DNA of 64,000 nt, taken from contig CM119270.1 of assembly GCA_051294375.1 (NCBI GenBank), positions 10,088,984 through 10,152,983 on the forward strand. Direction: 5' to 3'. The notes beneath the pieces were generated by a model. That model saw nothing but the letters and a program-made list of their open reading frames with translations, searched no databases and was not told the origin of the DNA. The stretch's first letter is position 1. Every line of letters begins with the position of its first letter. Source of the DNA: Paraspadella gotoi. Its lineage: Eukaryota; Animalia; Chaetognatha. Of this stretch, positions 47,504 to 60,250 are shown piece after piece. A program made the translations under genes and the position numbers.

Positions 47504-50204
47504 CGGGAAGGAAAGTTTGTGAAGAAGCTAGATATAAAGTTTTAAGGGAATTGTGCCAGTGGAAATGAGTTTAAATGGAAAAAATATAAGTCACATTTAC
47601 TTTATTTTAAGGACATCGATGATGATAAGCTGTATATAAATTTATAATTAATTATTAAATATTAAAATTAATTAATTAATCGATTAATTAATTAATTAAT
47701 TTTCGTAGGCAGATCCGACATTGTTTGCTCAAACTTGTTTTTTTACATTTTTGTTAGTTAAAAAAATATACAGGGTCCGGAATCAAAACTTATAATTCTA
47801 TATAAATGGCAAAATATTTTTAAATTTTTTATAAAAATTATCGTAAAAGATCTCAAATGAAAGCTTAGCTTAGCTTAATAATATTAACTTAAATTATATA
47901 TAGAGAGAGAGAGAGAGATTAGGTGTCAGTATTCTTTTGCGCCAAAATCAATCAAAAATAGACTTGACAGTAAATTAAATTAAATTAAAAACACTGAACA
48001 AAATTAACTTATTATGTTTTTAGCAATTATTATACCAAACATTATCGTTATGTCACAAAGAATGGGCTAAAAACTATAGGTTAGTTTAATTTTATGATTA
48101 ATAAAACAAGTGCTGAAACCAATTGATATGAAATTAGATATCATTTAAGGCCTTGGGTAGAGGTTAACAGTCCTCAAGATGATAACCCAAGCTTTAAAAA
48201 TTATATACTGCCTCATACAGTAATACAGCTACAGTATTTTAGTAATGAGTAAGATTTTTATTTGGAGTCATTAGACTTATCCTGTCTGACTTTTTATTCG
48301 CTGAATGTAGGACGTCTTAAAGCAGACTGCCCCCAGGTCCTAAAACCTAAGTTTGGAAGCTTTTCAATATACCATTGTTAAGTTGAGAACTAAAATTTGT
48401 AAAGACTTTTTCACAAAGATGTACGCACTTTCCCCCTTCCTGGAGAGGCCAAAAAAGCTCTGAATGCAGTGTACAACAAGAATAAGACTTCTCTACGTTT
48501 GATTTATATTTTATATAAATTTCATTGATATCCATCAAACGGTTCAGGAGATAAGCGTTTATTTATAAAGATAATAATTTTTTATAAGTTTTGCTTCCCA
48601 ACCCTTAAACCACCCTTAAACCACCAAAGCCTGTCCAAAGTCAGGGACAAGATAGCTTATTTATTAAATGAATGGATAATTTTTATATTGGTTGTACCAA
48701 TTTCATATATTTAGTATTATTAAGAAATAACATAAATATTTACATTCTTTGTTAATTGGCAAAACAATTCTTTAAAAAAAAATTTGTACATTCTTCATTA
48801 ATTGGTTAGGATTAGGAGTTAGGGGTTATTTAGGTTAGGGATAGTTAGGGTTAGGGATTTGGGGTGGTTCAGGTTAGGGGTCGTTACTGTTAGGGGTGGT
48901 TAGAGTTGGGGGTAGTTTTCAAAATAAAATTTTTAATTAAAAGTTTTACTGCTCTTATCAGTATTATTTTTTTTTGTATTATGAGATTTCAATATTTCAA
49001 TAACCGACCGCAAATTCCTCGTCGGCGAATCTATAATTTAGCTAATTATTAACTTAATATCTAACTTAATCCCTAGCCTATACCCTAACCCTAACTTTCA
49101 ATCCAATCCTTAACTTAAAAAAAACTTCTAGAAAAAAATACCGTTTTTCTATCCGGAATTGTGAGTTGGTGTATTAAGGCAGAACAAGTTATAAACTAAC
49201 AGAAATCTGGCATAAATATTATTAATGTATTTATTAAAGATAATAAATAGAAAAATAAGTTTTAGCAAACAATGTCGGTTCTGCCTACGATAATAAAGCG
49301 GTAATCAGCTAATCAGATGATAAATCACGATAATTCTTTCAATTTGATCAGAACTGATCAGAACAGATCGTACCATACTAAACCAATAGCTGCGCCGAAA
49401 CATTTTAATCACTTACAAGCAGAGATGTGGAACCGCTGCCAATCCGGCGATTCCCGAGACCCCTCCCGCTTCCGTTTTCGGGTGAAATCCCTACTTTTTT
49501 ATCCCTGATTGCTTTCGGTTTCGAGTGCACATCGCTTCCTTCCTTTACATTTGTTATTACTTATAAAAATACTCTATTTAGACATGTAATACATTGTTAG
49601 AATAATTTTAAACTATCTTTTTTGGTAACCAATTTTAATTAGACTTGTTACAATTTATAATCCTTTCTTTTTCATTGTGTTTGAGATTTAGAAAAAAGTT
49701 TTAAAATGTTTTCAACAACAATTTTTATTTTTCATAGAAAAATGTACATGTTTCGGCTTACAATTCAAGCTTTGTTCAGCGTTAAGAGTTTGTGAAAATA
49801 TTGGCAAATTATGTGCAAAAGAAGAGAGAAAAAGAGAGAGAGAGAAAGAAAGAAAGAAAGAGAGGGCAAAAAGTTTCTAATACAGAGTTGAGAAAAGGAT
49901 AGTGGTCAGAAGTGAGGACGGGCTGAAGGTAAGGACATATAGAGTAAGTTTTGAAAAGAAGTGAAAATGATCAGAGAGAGATAGAGAGATAGACATTTGG
50001 TAAACAATACATTTCGTAATGTACAACAAAGATAAAAATTACATTACAAAATGTATTATTTCCTAACTGTCTCTCTCACTCTCTCCCTTTCTCTCTGGCC
50101 ATTTTCATTTTTTTTCAAAACTTACTCTATCTGTCCTTACCTTCAGCCTGTCCTCACTTCTGATCACTATCCTTTTCTCAACTTTGTGTTAAAAACTTTT
50201 TGCC

Positions 50205-50241
<37 letters not shown>

Positions 50242-53200
50242 TCTTTCTTTCTTCTTTTGAACATAATTTGCAAATATTTTGTAAAACTCTTAACGCTGAA
50301 GAAGACTGGAATTGTAAACCGAAACATGTCCGTTTTTCTATGAAAAATAAAAATTGTTGAAAATATATTTCAAACTTTTTTCTCTGAAAATTGCAAAATT
50401 ACTTGTTTCACTATTTTAAGTATTAGGTTTTATAATATTCGCTAAACATATCTATTACAAATTACAAATTATATTAATTTTAGTTTTTTGATAATCTATT
50501 TTTGACCTACTTATCATAAAAGTATTTAAAAAAGAATTATACTTTGTGTAGACAACTTTTTATGAGCTATCTGAATCTGGTCTTGAAATTTCAAATTTCT
50601 AAACAAAATTTTTGACCTTTCCTATCTATAAATAAATATTAAAAAATTAATTACTAGGGTATAGAGCCATATAAGAATTTTTTTGTAAAAAGTATACTTA
50701 AAAATGTATAAATTTTCGTTTAAGCTTGTACTCACTCTAAATTTTTGACTCACCCCATTGAGTGCGGCTACCCCTAATGATGCAATTTGAAAAAATGATG
50801 CAAGTTAAAAAAATTATGCATATTGAAAAAATGATTCAAGTTGAAAGAATGATGCAAGTTATGATTTTAGCAACAGCCAGGTTGCCTGTAAAGCCCATTG
50901 GGATGGGGCATCTCACTGTTGGCTTAAGGGACTTCCGACCCTCAGTGAGGCATCCAGTCAATGGCGCGGTTACCCTAGGATGGGCTCGCTTTGCCAACGG
51001 AGAGGGAAGTCGTCAGAACTGTGGATCGAACCCTACGCTTGGGATGGTGTGTTCCCCCTCTGAGGAAATGGATTTGGCTGAAGGATGATGTTAGCAAAAT
51101 TAAGCAAGTTGAAAAAATGAAGCAATTTAAAAAAAGATGTAAGTTAAAAAAAATTATTTGTACTTTATTTGTAATTATTTCTACTATAGTATTTATTTAT
51201 TTATCTATTGATTTATTTATTTAGCTGATTACCGCTTAATTATCATGTGCAGATCCAACATTGTTTGCTCAAACTTGTTTTTACCACTATTAGGTTGAAC
51301 CAAATTTCAGACACTATTAGAGTTAATATAAGAATAAGTAATAAAGAAAGGAAGAAAAGAAAGAGGAAACACTGACGAAAGCTGAAAACGTATTCTTGAA
51401 TGGAAAGAAGCAAAAAAGTTTGCTGTTGACAAATTACACCCATTCAAAAATCAGTTAGGTTCCCTTCCTCTCTTTTTCAGCGTCTTTCTCTCTATGTATC
51501 GTTGCTAAGTTTTTAGGCGGTAAATTACCCTGTTAACATATTATCATGTATAAAAATATTCGAATATATCTTGAATCTTAAATACCAAAAGTACTAAAAG
51601 AGAGTTGTGTCGTAAACTTGTCTAAGCTTTTTATAAGCACTATAAGACACATTTTTCGCCCCTCTGGATTTTCAATCAGCGCTTTCAAAAAATTGATAAA
51701 CGCGTAAGCCAGATTTTCGAATATTTTTGTTTGTTAAGCCAGCCGCAGCATTCGACCGTAGAATGGATTTTTTTAAATTTTTTGTGTGTGTGATTGATGC
51801 TCTGAGTTTTGTATCGAGAACAACGCATTAGTCTTCGCTTGACAGGTTAGGTGCACCCCTAACACATTCTTCGACTCATATTTTTCTGATTCTTGTGACC
51901 CCATTCATTATTTTTCCACAATTTTTGATTTAAATTGCCGCCAATTTAACGTACTCCATCGTCCTTTCTCACAGGGATATAATTTAGGACAAAAATCGGC
52001 GCGACACGTTCAAAAGAAGACCCTTTTGAACTGTCGAAAAAATTATTATCAATAACATCACTTAAAAACCGAAACTTTCAAAATAAGGCGCAGGCAATAA
52101 AGAACGAATGGTTCTCTTTATATTCATTAAAATAAATTTGTTACAAAATCGTGTCTTACTTTTTTACAACAGTCGTTTTTAGATTCCCGGCTGGTCCCGT
52201 TAATTCTCTTGTCGTTAAGAGATCATATATTAAAATTCAGGGAGACAGACGGGGAAGCGAAAAAGGAAGTCTTATTTTATATTATTTACATGTCAATCTA
52301 TTCTTTTAAAAATATTAAGGGTTTTTATTTATGAAACTTATATATAATATATTGTAAAATATATAAATTTTTTACATTTATTTTAAAATTTTAATCAAAA
52401 ATTTTAAAGTCTAATATAAAGCCTGTCCAAAGTCAGGGACAAGATAGCTTATTTATTAAATGAATGGATAATTTTTATATTGATTGTACCAATTTCATAG
52501 TAAAACAAGTAATCTTGTAATTTTTAATAATACCCGCACAGATCGGCACTGGCCTTCCTTCACGCTCATTTTGAGCTCTTTATTCTCTTTTACATATAAC
52601 AAGTTTGAGCAAACAATGCCGGATCTGCCCACGATCATTTCGGTAAGCAGCTGATCAGATAATTAATTAATTAATTAATTAAATAATTAATCAATATTAA
52701 TTTTTTTTATTTGTGTCAAAATCGTTTTCCAATTTGTCTCACCTCTCAATTAATTAATTACTTATTTATTAATAATTAATTAATGCAGCTTGAAATTACA
52801 TTTAATATAAAAATAAAAAAGCGTAATCAAATAGTGAAATAGATTGTTTGTTTTTTCTATTTTAACTCATTTCATTTTATCGAAACTTTATTTTCTACTC
52901 AATCACACACTTTCCTACCCACATACAAAATTTGAAGTCAATCGCCCCATTCACTCATGAGTAATTGGCGTTCAAATAGTAAAATATATTTGTTTGTTTT
53001 TTAGTCGGATCTGCTTATCAGCAGATCCCGACTCCGTCGGTCCGCCCCCTCAATATTGTCAAGCATTCACTTATATCAAAAAGTTATCTACCTTGGCCGG
53101 TATAAGAATATATTAAAAAAACCTCTGGCTTTGTTCGTCAGAGCTTAGTCCTATATATAATTCAGTTTTCTTTTGCTTTGGCCTTGAGAGGAGAAAGATG

Positions 53201-54589
53201 GCTTGAAAATTTTTTTCCCCTGATCAATCGCTCACCGTTTTTAAACTTAAACTTTTTGTTTCACATTTGAAACAAATTTTAACAATTGTTCTATTCATAA
53301 AAAATTTCAAGATTACTTGTTTAACAAGGACTAAGCTCTGACAAAAAAAGCCACAGGTTTTTTTAATATATTCTTTTACCGGCCAATGTAGAATGATGGC
53401 AATATTGCTATTGTTAAGTTTCAAAAAAATCCGACCATAAATATAGAAAATATTAACCAAAACTTCGGAAAATCCACCCCTTCTTTGGAAGATTTTCGCC
53501 ATAGAAGATTTTTCCCGAATCTGACTCCCGGTTGAAAACTCTTAGAATTCCGATCGTAACCACGCTACCGCTACCGCTCTTTTACTTTTACTTTAAATAA
53601 AAATTTCACCAAAATGGACTTTACTTTACTTAGGAAGCCGCTATAGAAAAAGAAGCCAGTGACTTTTTCTTATATTTTTATATCGATAGATGTGGAATGA
53701 CAGGAATATTGTAAATCTCAAGTTTTGCTTTAATCGGACCTCACATTGTGGAGAAATCTTAGGAACCCATCAAAATTCCACCCCTTTTTTTCAACATTCT
53801 CGCCTTTTAAGATTTTTCGCCGATTCTGACTTCCTCTTACAAACTTATAATTCCTCTAGTTAATTTTTTTTTCTTAAACGAGCGAAGGGAATCCACAACT
53901 TTCTGTTATTTTATGATTTCTGGGTAAAAATATAATATATTACATTAACATTGGGATATTATGAAAGTGTATTATCTTATAAAGCCTGTGAGAGTTAAAT
54001 AATTAAAAAATTTGCTTATTTTATTATTGAAAAATAACATCAAAGTGAAGAAGTTGAATGGCTTCAATAAGATAATGTTTACTTTTTGCTGTGGAAAAGA
54101 AGGATAAATACTTAGGCTGTGATGGGGTTAATAATATTTTGTAGAATTTTGTAAGCATGCTTGTAAAATCAGACAAGCAAATATTTAAGTGACAAAAAAT
54201 TTACATTTTCTTTATCCAAAAATTTTAAAGTTTTACTAGAGTACAATTTAGCCTTTTTTCTTTCAGAATCATTAAAAAGAATTAAATTTTCATTTTCTTA
54301 TGGGGTGTCATTAGTTTTAAAATTCATTATAATTTTGACTTAGTTTGACACTCACCCTGTAAGGAGGTTTCAGCATAAGTAATTCTAAAATTGTATCTTG
54401 TATGTGCCCTATGATTATGGCTTCATTTTGGTACTATTGCCATCCCTTTATCTTTATTCCTTCAAAAGATATTAGGAAAAATAAGTTTTTTTCTCAACCT
54501 TCCTTTTAATTTCTTTTTAAATAAAAATTTCACGATTCAAACCGGACTATTTCATTTAAACCTGATCATATTATGTCAAAATTATTATA

Positions 54590-55440
54590 AATGAAAAAAG
54601 AAAAATAGGACAAGCTCTTCAGACACAAAGCTATCAGAATCGCGAAATTCGAAGTTGCTCATGTAACAGGAACATATAGCAATCCCGTTTGCAATTTTAA
54701 GTTTGTAAACTTTCCCTTTCATTTCTATAGTAAAAATGAGGTTTGAAAATTCTATGGAGAGGAGTAGTGCATTTCCCCTGGCTTGTTTGATATTAAATCC
54801 TTTATAAAATGCCATAAAACGAATAGGACAAGCTCTTCAGATGTAACGCTCTCGGAATCGTGCGTTTTTACAAGTGTTTTTTAAACGAATTTCTGGCAAA
54901 CGCGTTTGCAATTTGAGTAGTCAGATTTGAACGGAATTCTCTATTAGAAAAATGTTGAATTTTTTTTTAAGCGAGATTCTCGTCTACTTTACTTTACCAT
55001 GATCGTTTTATATTAAAATAACTAAATAAAATGTAAATAAAAATTTTGAGAGCCCTTCAGACATATGGCTATCGGATTCCTGAATTCGAAGTTTATTGTA
55101 AAATCACAACATGCCTTAAATGCGTTTATATTGTATTGAAGTTGAGAAATCCTTTTATTTTATATAGAAAAATTTAGATCAAAATGTTTTCCTTAGCGGA
55201 CCAGTCCATTTAAATCTGATGGTTTCATGTCAAAATGATGGTTAATCATGAAGAGAAAAAAAATGCGAGCCCTTCAGATGCAACAGGATCTGAATCGAGT
55301 CTTTTTACATCAAATTTTTATCGGAATTTTTGCCAGGAGCGTTTATATTGTTTTGTAGTCAGATTTGAACGAAAATCTCCATTGAAAAAATCTTCCTCGA
55401 TCTCTAAAACGACGTCGACTCCTAGTTTAACTATATTAAG
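54590..55440. repeat. Diverged tandem array of four ~219-bp units
   Basis: AGC(T/C)CTTCAGA anchors at about 54613, 54831, 55051 and 55268. Confidence 0.75.
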
Positions 55441-55736
55441 ACTAAATTGGATTAAATTTTAAAATGAATATAAAATTTAATTATATTTCACTATGTATTA
55501 GATTTAATTATTAATTCTTTTATATTCTTTCAAATTCTTTTGTAATGTAATGGGGATGTTACTGTTGTCTTCTGGAAATAGAGGTAGCATCTACATAACA
55601 CAAGGTTAAAAGTTACTTTCAGCCCTATTTTTTCAATTAGATATTAGACATTCTTGTGAGGAAGTCATTTATTGAAAATTCAAAATATTTAAAAGTCTGA
55701 ACAGAAAGGGGTGGAGGGGTTAATTTGTTATGGGAT

Positions 55737-56343
55737 TAGGGGTAGCCGCACTCAATGGGGTGAGTCAAAAATTTTGAGTGAGTACATGCTCAAACGAATA
55801 TTTAGACATTTTTAAGAATACTTTCAATGGACCAAAAATTTCTAATATGGCTCTACACCCTAGTAATTAATTTTTTAATATTTATTTATAGATAGGAAAG
55901 GCCAAAAATTTTTTTTTGAATTTTTAAATTTTAAGACCAGATTCAGATAGCTCATAAAAAGTTGTCTACACAAAGTATGATTCTTTTTTAAATATTTTTA
56001 CGATAAGTGTGTCAAAAATAAGAAAAACTGTAAAAAATCATCATCATCATCATCTTTCGATGATTTTATCAGTTTTTTTATATTTTCACTTAGAAAAAGT
56101 AAGAATTTTTAAAAGCTGTAATTATATTTCTTCTTTTTATGCTCTATCAGAATCCATCAAAAAATTTTAAGATTTTAAAAAAATATTTTTTGCTCAATAT
56201 AGTAATATTATATTTTTAATTAGGCGAGCACCCTCAGAAGAAAGCATTTTTGACAAAAAATATTTTAATACCATAATCTATGGTCATGATAGATTATTTT
56301 AACGCTGTATACATTAGCATTTAAATTTCATCGGCTATGGCTA
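55737..56343. mobile_element. Non-autonomous TAG-ended DNA transposon (hAT-like) with 7-bp TSD
   Basis: TAGGGGTAGCCG ... CGGCTATGGCTA imperfect TIR; ATGGGAT duplicated at 55730-55736 and 56344-56350; same 5' end at 37839 and, diverged, at 61789. Confidence 0.72.
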
Positions 56344-57326
56344 ATGGGATTAAGGTTATTTATGATTCGTTATTGTTGAGGGTTAAGACTACAGAGTAGA
56401 ATTGTATATTCTGATAGGATTACATTTATAAAAGGGGGCGTCGGTATATATTAGATGTAAATTATATGTTATAATCAAATAATAATTGAATAATAATAAT
56501 TGAATACATTCATTATTTATTTATTTACTTTCATTATTATTATTATTATTATTATAATTTTTTTATATTTTAAGACATTTTTAAATTTATTTCAAATTTC
56601 TTTTTTCTTTCATATTATTATGTGATATCAACATAAACTGAGAAAACTGTCAATAGTCATATGTAGATTCGATTAAGACTGAGAAACGGATACATTCTTT
56701 CGCGTTTTAATCGCCTATTCCTATATAAAATTATCAAAACTTATTCCTGGCTTTTACTAATGATTTATTGCTGTTTACGTACGTCTTTTAAGATTACTAT
56801 ATTATACTATATATAAATACTTAATAAATACTAAATAACGAAACAACGATGACAAGATTTATAATCTTGATAATTGACTGCATTAACCTATATTCAATAG
56901 TACGATTGCGGAATACCGAAATCAAATGTGCAATAATCACTTTGGAAAAACTAAGTGGAAATATGTTTTACGATACCATCGCAGAGAATCAAACTCAAGA
57001 ATCGAAATCGGATGGGCGACTCGGGTAAAATCCGCCGAAACCAGAATGGAACTCTCCTATTGGTAATGAGACAAATGGCACCGGCCAATGAGCTGATGGA
57101 CTTCCTTCCGCCGCTGATTTTTACCCTTACCTCCGATCCGTTCACACTGTGTAAATTGTATTGATTAAATCTGCCTGAAATTTTCCTTCTTCAATCAACC
57201 AAGGAACATGAACATGTCAATCAAGATTTTTACCCCTTTCCTCCTGGTTGACCTACATATTAATAAATAATAGTAATTAGCTCATCCTCATTCTTTTAAA
57301 TATTATCATTCGCTACGAAGAGGAAC

Positions 57327-59740
57327 GACACAATGAAAAATAACGTGGCGAAATGGTCTCGTGCTGATTTTGTCCCTTTAAAATTGTTTCTGAGCCAAAT
57401 TAATTGATTGTTACTTTTGGTAATATGTGCGTTATACACTACTGGACAATGGACATTACTGTATCTGACCAAAACCCTTGACCATCAACAAAAAAGCTTA
57501 CTAGATAAAAAATAGAAAAAAAGACAAAGCAATATAGCTCGAAACGCTTACAAAATTTTAGACCATTGCTCTTATAAATGCAAAAAGAATATTAATATTA
57601 TTAAAATAAAACTTTAACGATAACTTAATAGTTAACGAGACCAAGATGAATATTTTTTACCCATCATTTCCTAAATTTATATGAATCATTAGCTTGTAAT
57701 TAGTCAATTAATCTAAATAACAATATGACAAATTCATTTTCAATTTTTTTTATGAATGGGAAGTTTTCCCTGCTTACTACCTTGTGTCTAATTATCTAAT
57801 ATTTTAAAGGTATTTTAAAAAACCTTATATAATTACTATATTTTTCCCTTTTTTTCAATTCTTTCAAACAAAAACAATATCATAAAAACATTTTAAATAA
57901 ATAAAAAAAAATTGATTGAATGATTTTGAAAAAAATATTTTGAAACTTGAAAATAATGGATTTTGAGTTAGGAAAACAATTTTGCAATTCTAAAAAAATC
58001 AGTCTCTAGCCTTTCAATTTTTCTAGAAGCTGATTTTTTAATTTTTTTTTTGATATTTTGATTTTCTATGCAAAACCATTATTCTCAATGAGCATAGGTC
58101 GGACAAACTTTTTTTTCAACAATTTGAAAATATTTTAACTTTTCTAATTAGGCTTTTTTGGGGAAATAAACAAATCAATTGTTATACGATGAGTACATCT
58201 GAAAGTGATATGTCTCTAAATGACTAAAAAATTTTCTTCAAGTTTTATTTTGTAATTTAAGTATAGTACCAATAGAAATAAGTGAGATACTCCCGCTTTG
58301 CCGAAATTTTTATTTAACAAAGATTTGTACTGCGTAGTTTAAAAAAAGTTATTTTTTAAAATAACTTTTGAAAGAAAAGAGGTAGCAAGGTGGCTGTGGT
58401 ATCATATTAAAGCCCTAATCATGGGACACCTTTTTAAAAGAGTTTTATTAAATTAAATCCATAAATCTTTACACAGCTTTTGTTTAAATCAGAGTTAAAA
58501 GTATAACAGTTTTTTGTTTTAAAAATTTCAATGAAGGCATATGAATTTTTTCATTTTTCTTTTGCAATTTGAAAAAGGAAAGACTAAATTACATTTTGAT
58601 TACTATTAAATTTTCTTTATTCCATAAAATTGCTTATATTTTTCAGTTAAAGTAAATAACAAGCAAAAATTTATTTTGTAGCTTCATAAAATGTCTTTTT
58701 AAATATGAAAACTGATAAATACAAAAATGTTTTCAGCTTGATATAAGCAGTCTGGACGTCTACCTTCTTGTCTGTGAAAAAAAATCGTCATTTTTCATTT
58801 TTTTAAACTGCAAACAAAAAGCTTGAAAAACTGCTTGTTTATCATAATAAAGTTTTAAAAAATTACATAGCTGGTAACATATTTGACAAAGCAAGACATC
58901 ATTGTGTTAAATTGTATTGATAATTTTCTTTTAAATATAGCAAGGAATTTAATTCTATTATTTATCATCCATTTTAATTAAGAAAAAATATTTCTCGTAA
59001 TAGCCCATTGGAAAGTGTTCATTGACTGACTTAATGATCGAATTTTTTAGATTTCTTTACTGCCCCCATTTTAATAGATATAAAAGGTCATGGTTATCAT
59101 GTCAGTAAGTCCAGATTATCTGTACCCTTTCTGCAACCTGCATTCCGATTTTTTTTCCCCCTTTCAAATGTATTAAATAAAAAAAATTATTTGAGAGAAC
59201 AATCGGTGTGGAGGATGCCATTGGTAAGCCTTAGTTACCCTACTTCCCGATCGAATTTTTAAATGAGGTTTTTTTCTATCTATTTCAGACATAACACTAA
59301 CTATTGGTACTATTAATTTTTTTCTATTACAATTCTATGAATAAAGTAACTTTTTAAAGAAATTTATCATCTTTCACTCTATATTCAGTCATATCTAAAA
59401 AACAAAAAAAGATTTTGCTGTGGACGAACATCAAGAACACGCAACCTCGGTCAAACTTATTTATGGTCAAAACGTTGACCTTTATGGTCAAACGTTGACC
59501 TTTGTAAATACCATTATAATAGACTTAGCATCTGAGCATTTTGACTGTTATTGTTTATAACGTTGTTGAAGAATAAATTATTCTTACTCTGAAACTTGTT
59601 GCGTCCACATTGCATTGAAATTTTGTATATCAACATATGAAACTATAACGTTTCAAAAAATAAAAAGAAATATAAAAATATTGAACAGTGAATTTTTTTA
59701 ATGAACGAAACAGTAACGTTACGCCATTTTTCATTGTGTC
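57327..59740. mobile_element. Putative degenerate DNA transposon with TIRs and 4-bp TSD
   Basis: GACACAATGAAAAAT..CGT..CG at the left end, its reverse complement at the right end; GAAC on both flanks (57323-57326, 59741-59744); no intact ORF. Confidence 0.55.
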
Positions 59741-59899
59741 GAACAGTATTTCTCAATTACTCACCTATTTTTTAACCAATTCTCATTAAATGACTGACAA
59801 ATATATTCCTACATATGTCAACCAAATCAAATTAGGAGAAAAGATTTCCTCAAAATAGCAACCCCACCCATTTTATCACAACTGTCACTTCAAGCTCGA

Positions 59900-60250
59900 A
59901 CCCACGCAGGCAGATCCCCGTTTCTCTCTCGACTTCGAATTTAAGAAATTGTCTTTATTCTTTTTCTCCGCCCCCCTCACATCGAAGAGAGTGGTGCGTC
60001 AGTCCGCGTGTGTGTGTATATTTCTGAAACGTATAACCGGCGGGGTCTGAAACTCCTTCTGGGTGGTCTAGATTGTCTGTGTGTCTATGTGTGTGTCTCT
60101 CTCGATCTCTTTCTCTCTGAGAGAAAAGCAGTTTAGTCTTTCAAGTTCTACGAGACCTGCGGCGGCGAGAGGCTATGCTCGATGAGGGGCCTCGATCGTT
60201 AAATTTTTGACTTATGGTAAGTCGTAGCGGGCATATTTTCCTTGGTGGTC
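59900..60250 (+). promoter_or_regulatory. Probable promoter/first exon of a downstream gene with GLI-type sites
   Basis: Local CpG-rich island, TGGGTGGTC at 60060-60068, TTGGTGGTC at 60242-60250, consensus donor ATG|GTAAGT at 60216/60217. Confidence 0.45.

Noticed and set aside
50762-51224. ORFs MMQVKK... duplicated at 37544-37798
   Set aside because: Derived from an 18-bp minisatellite plus an interspersed repeat inside the inverted duplication
56951-57164. Short GC-richer ORFs on both strands
   Set aside because: No recognisable domain or consistent exon chain; may be regulatory (CCAAT motifs) but unsupported
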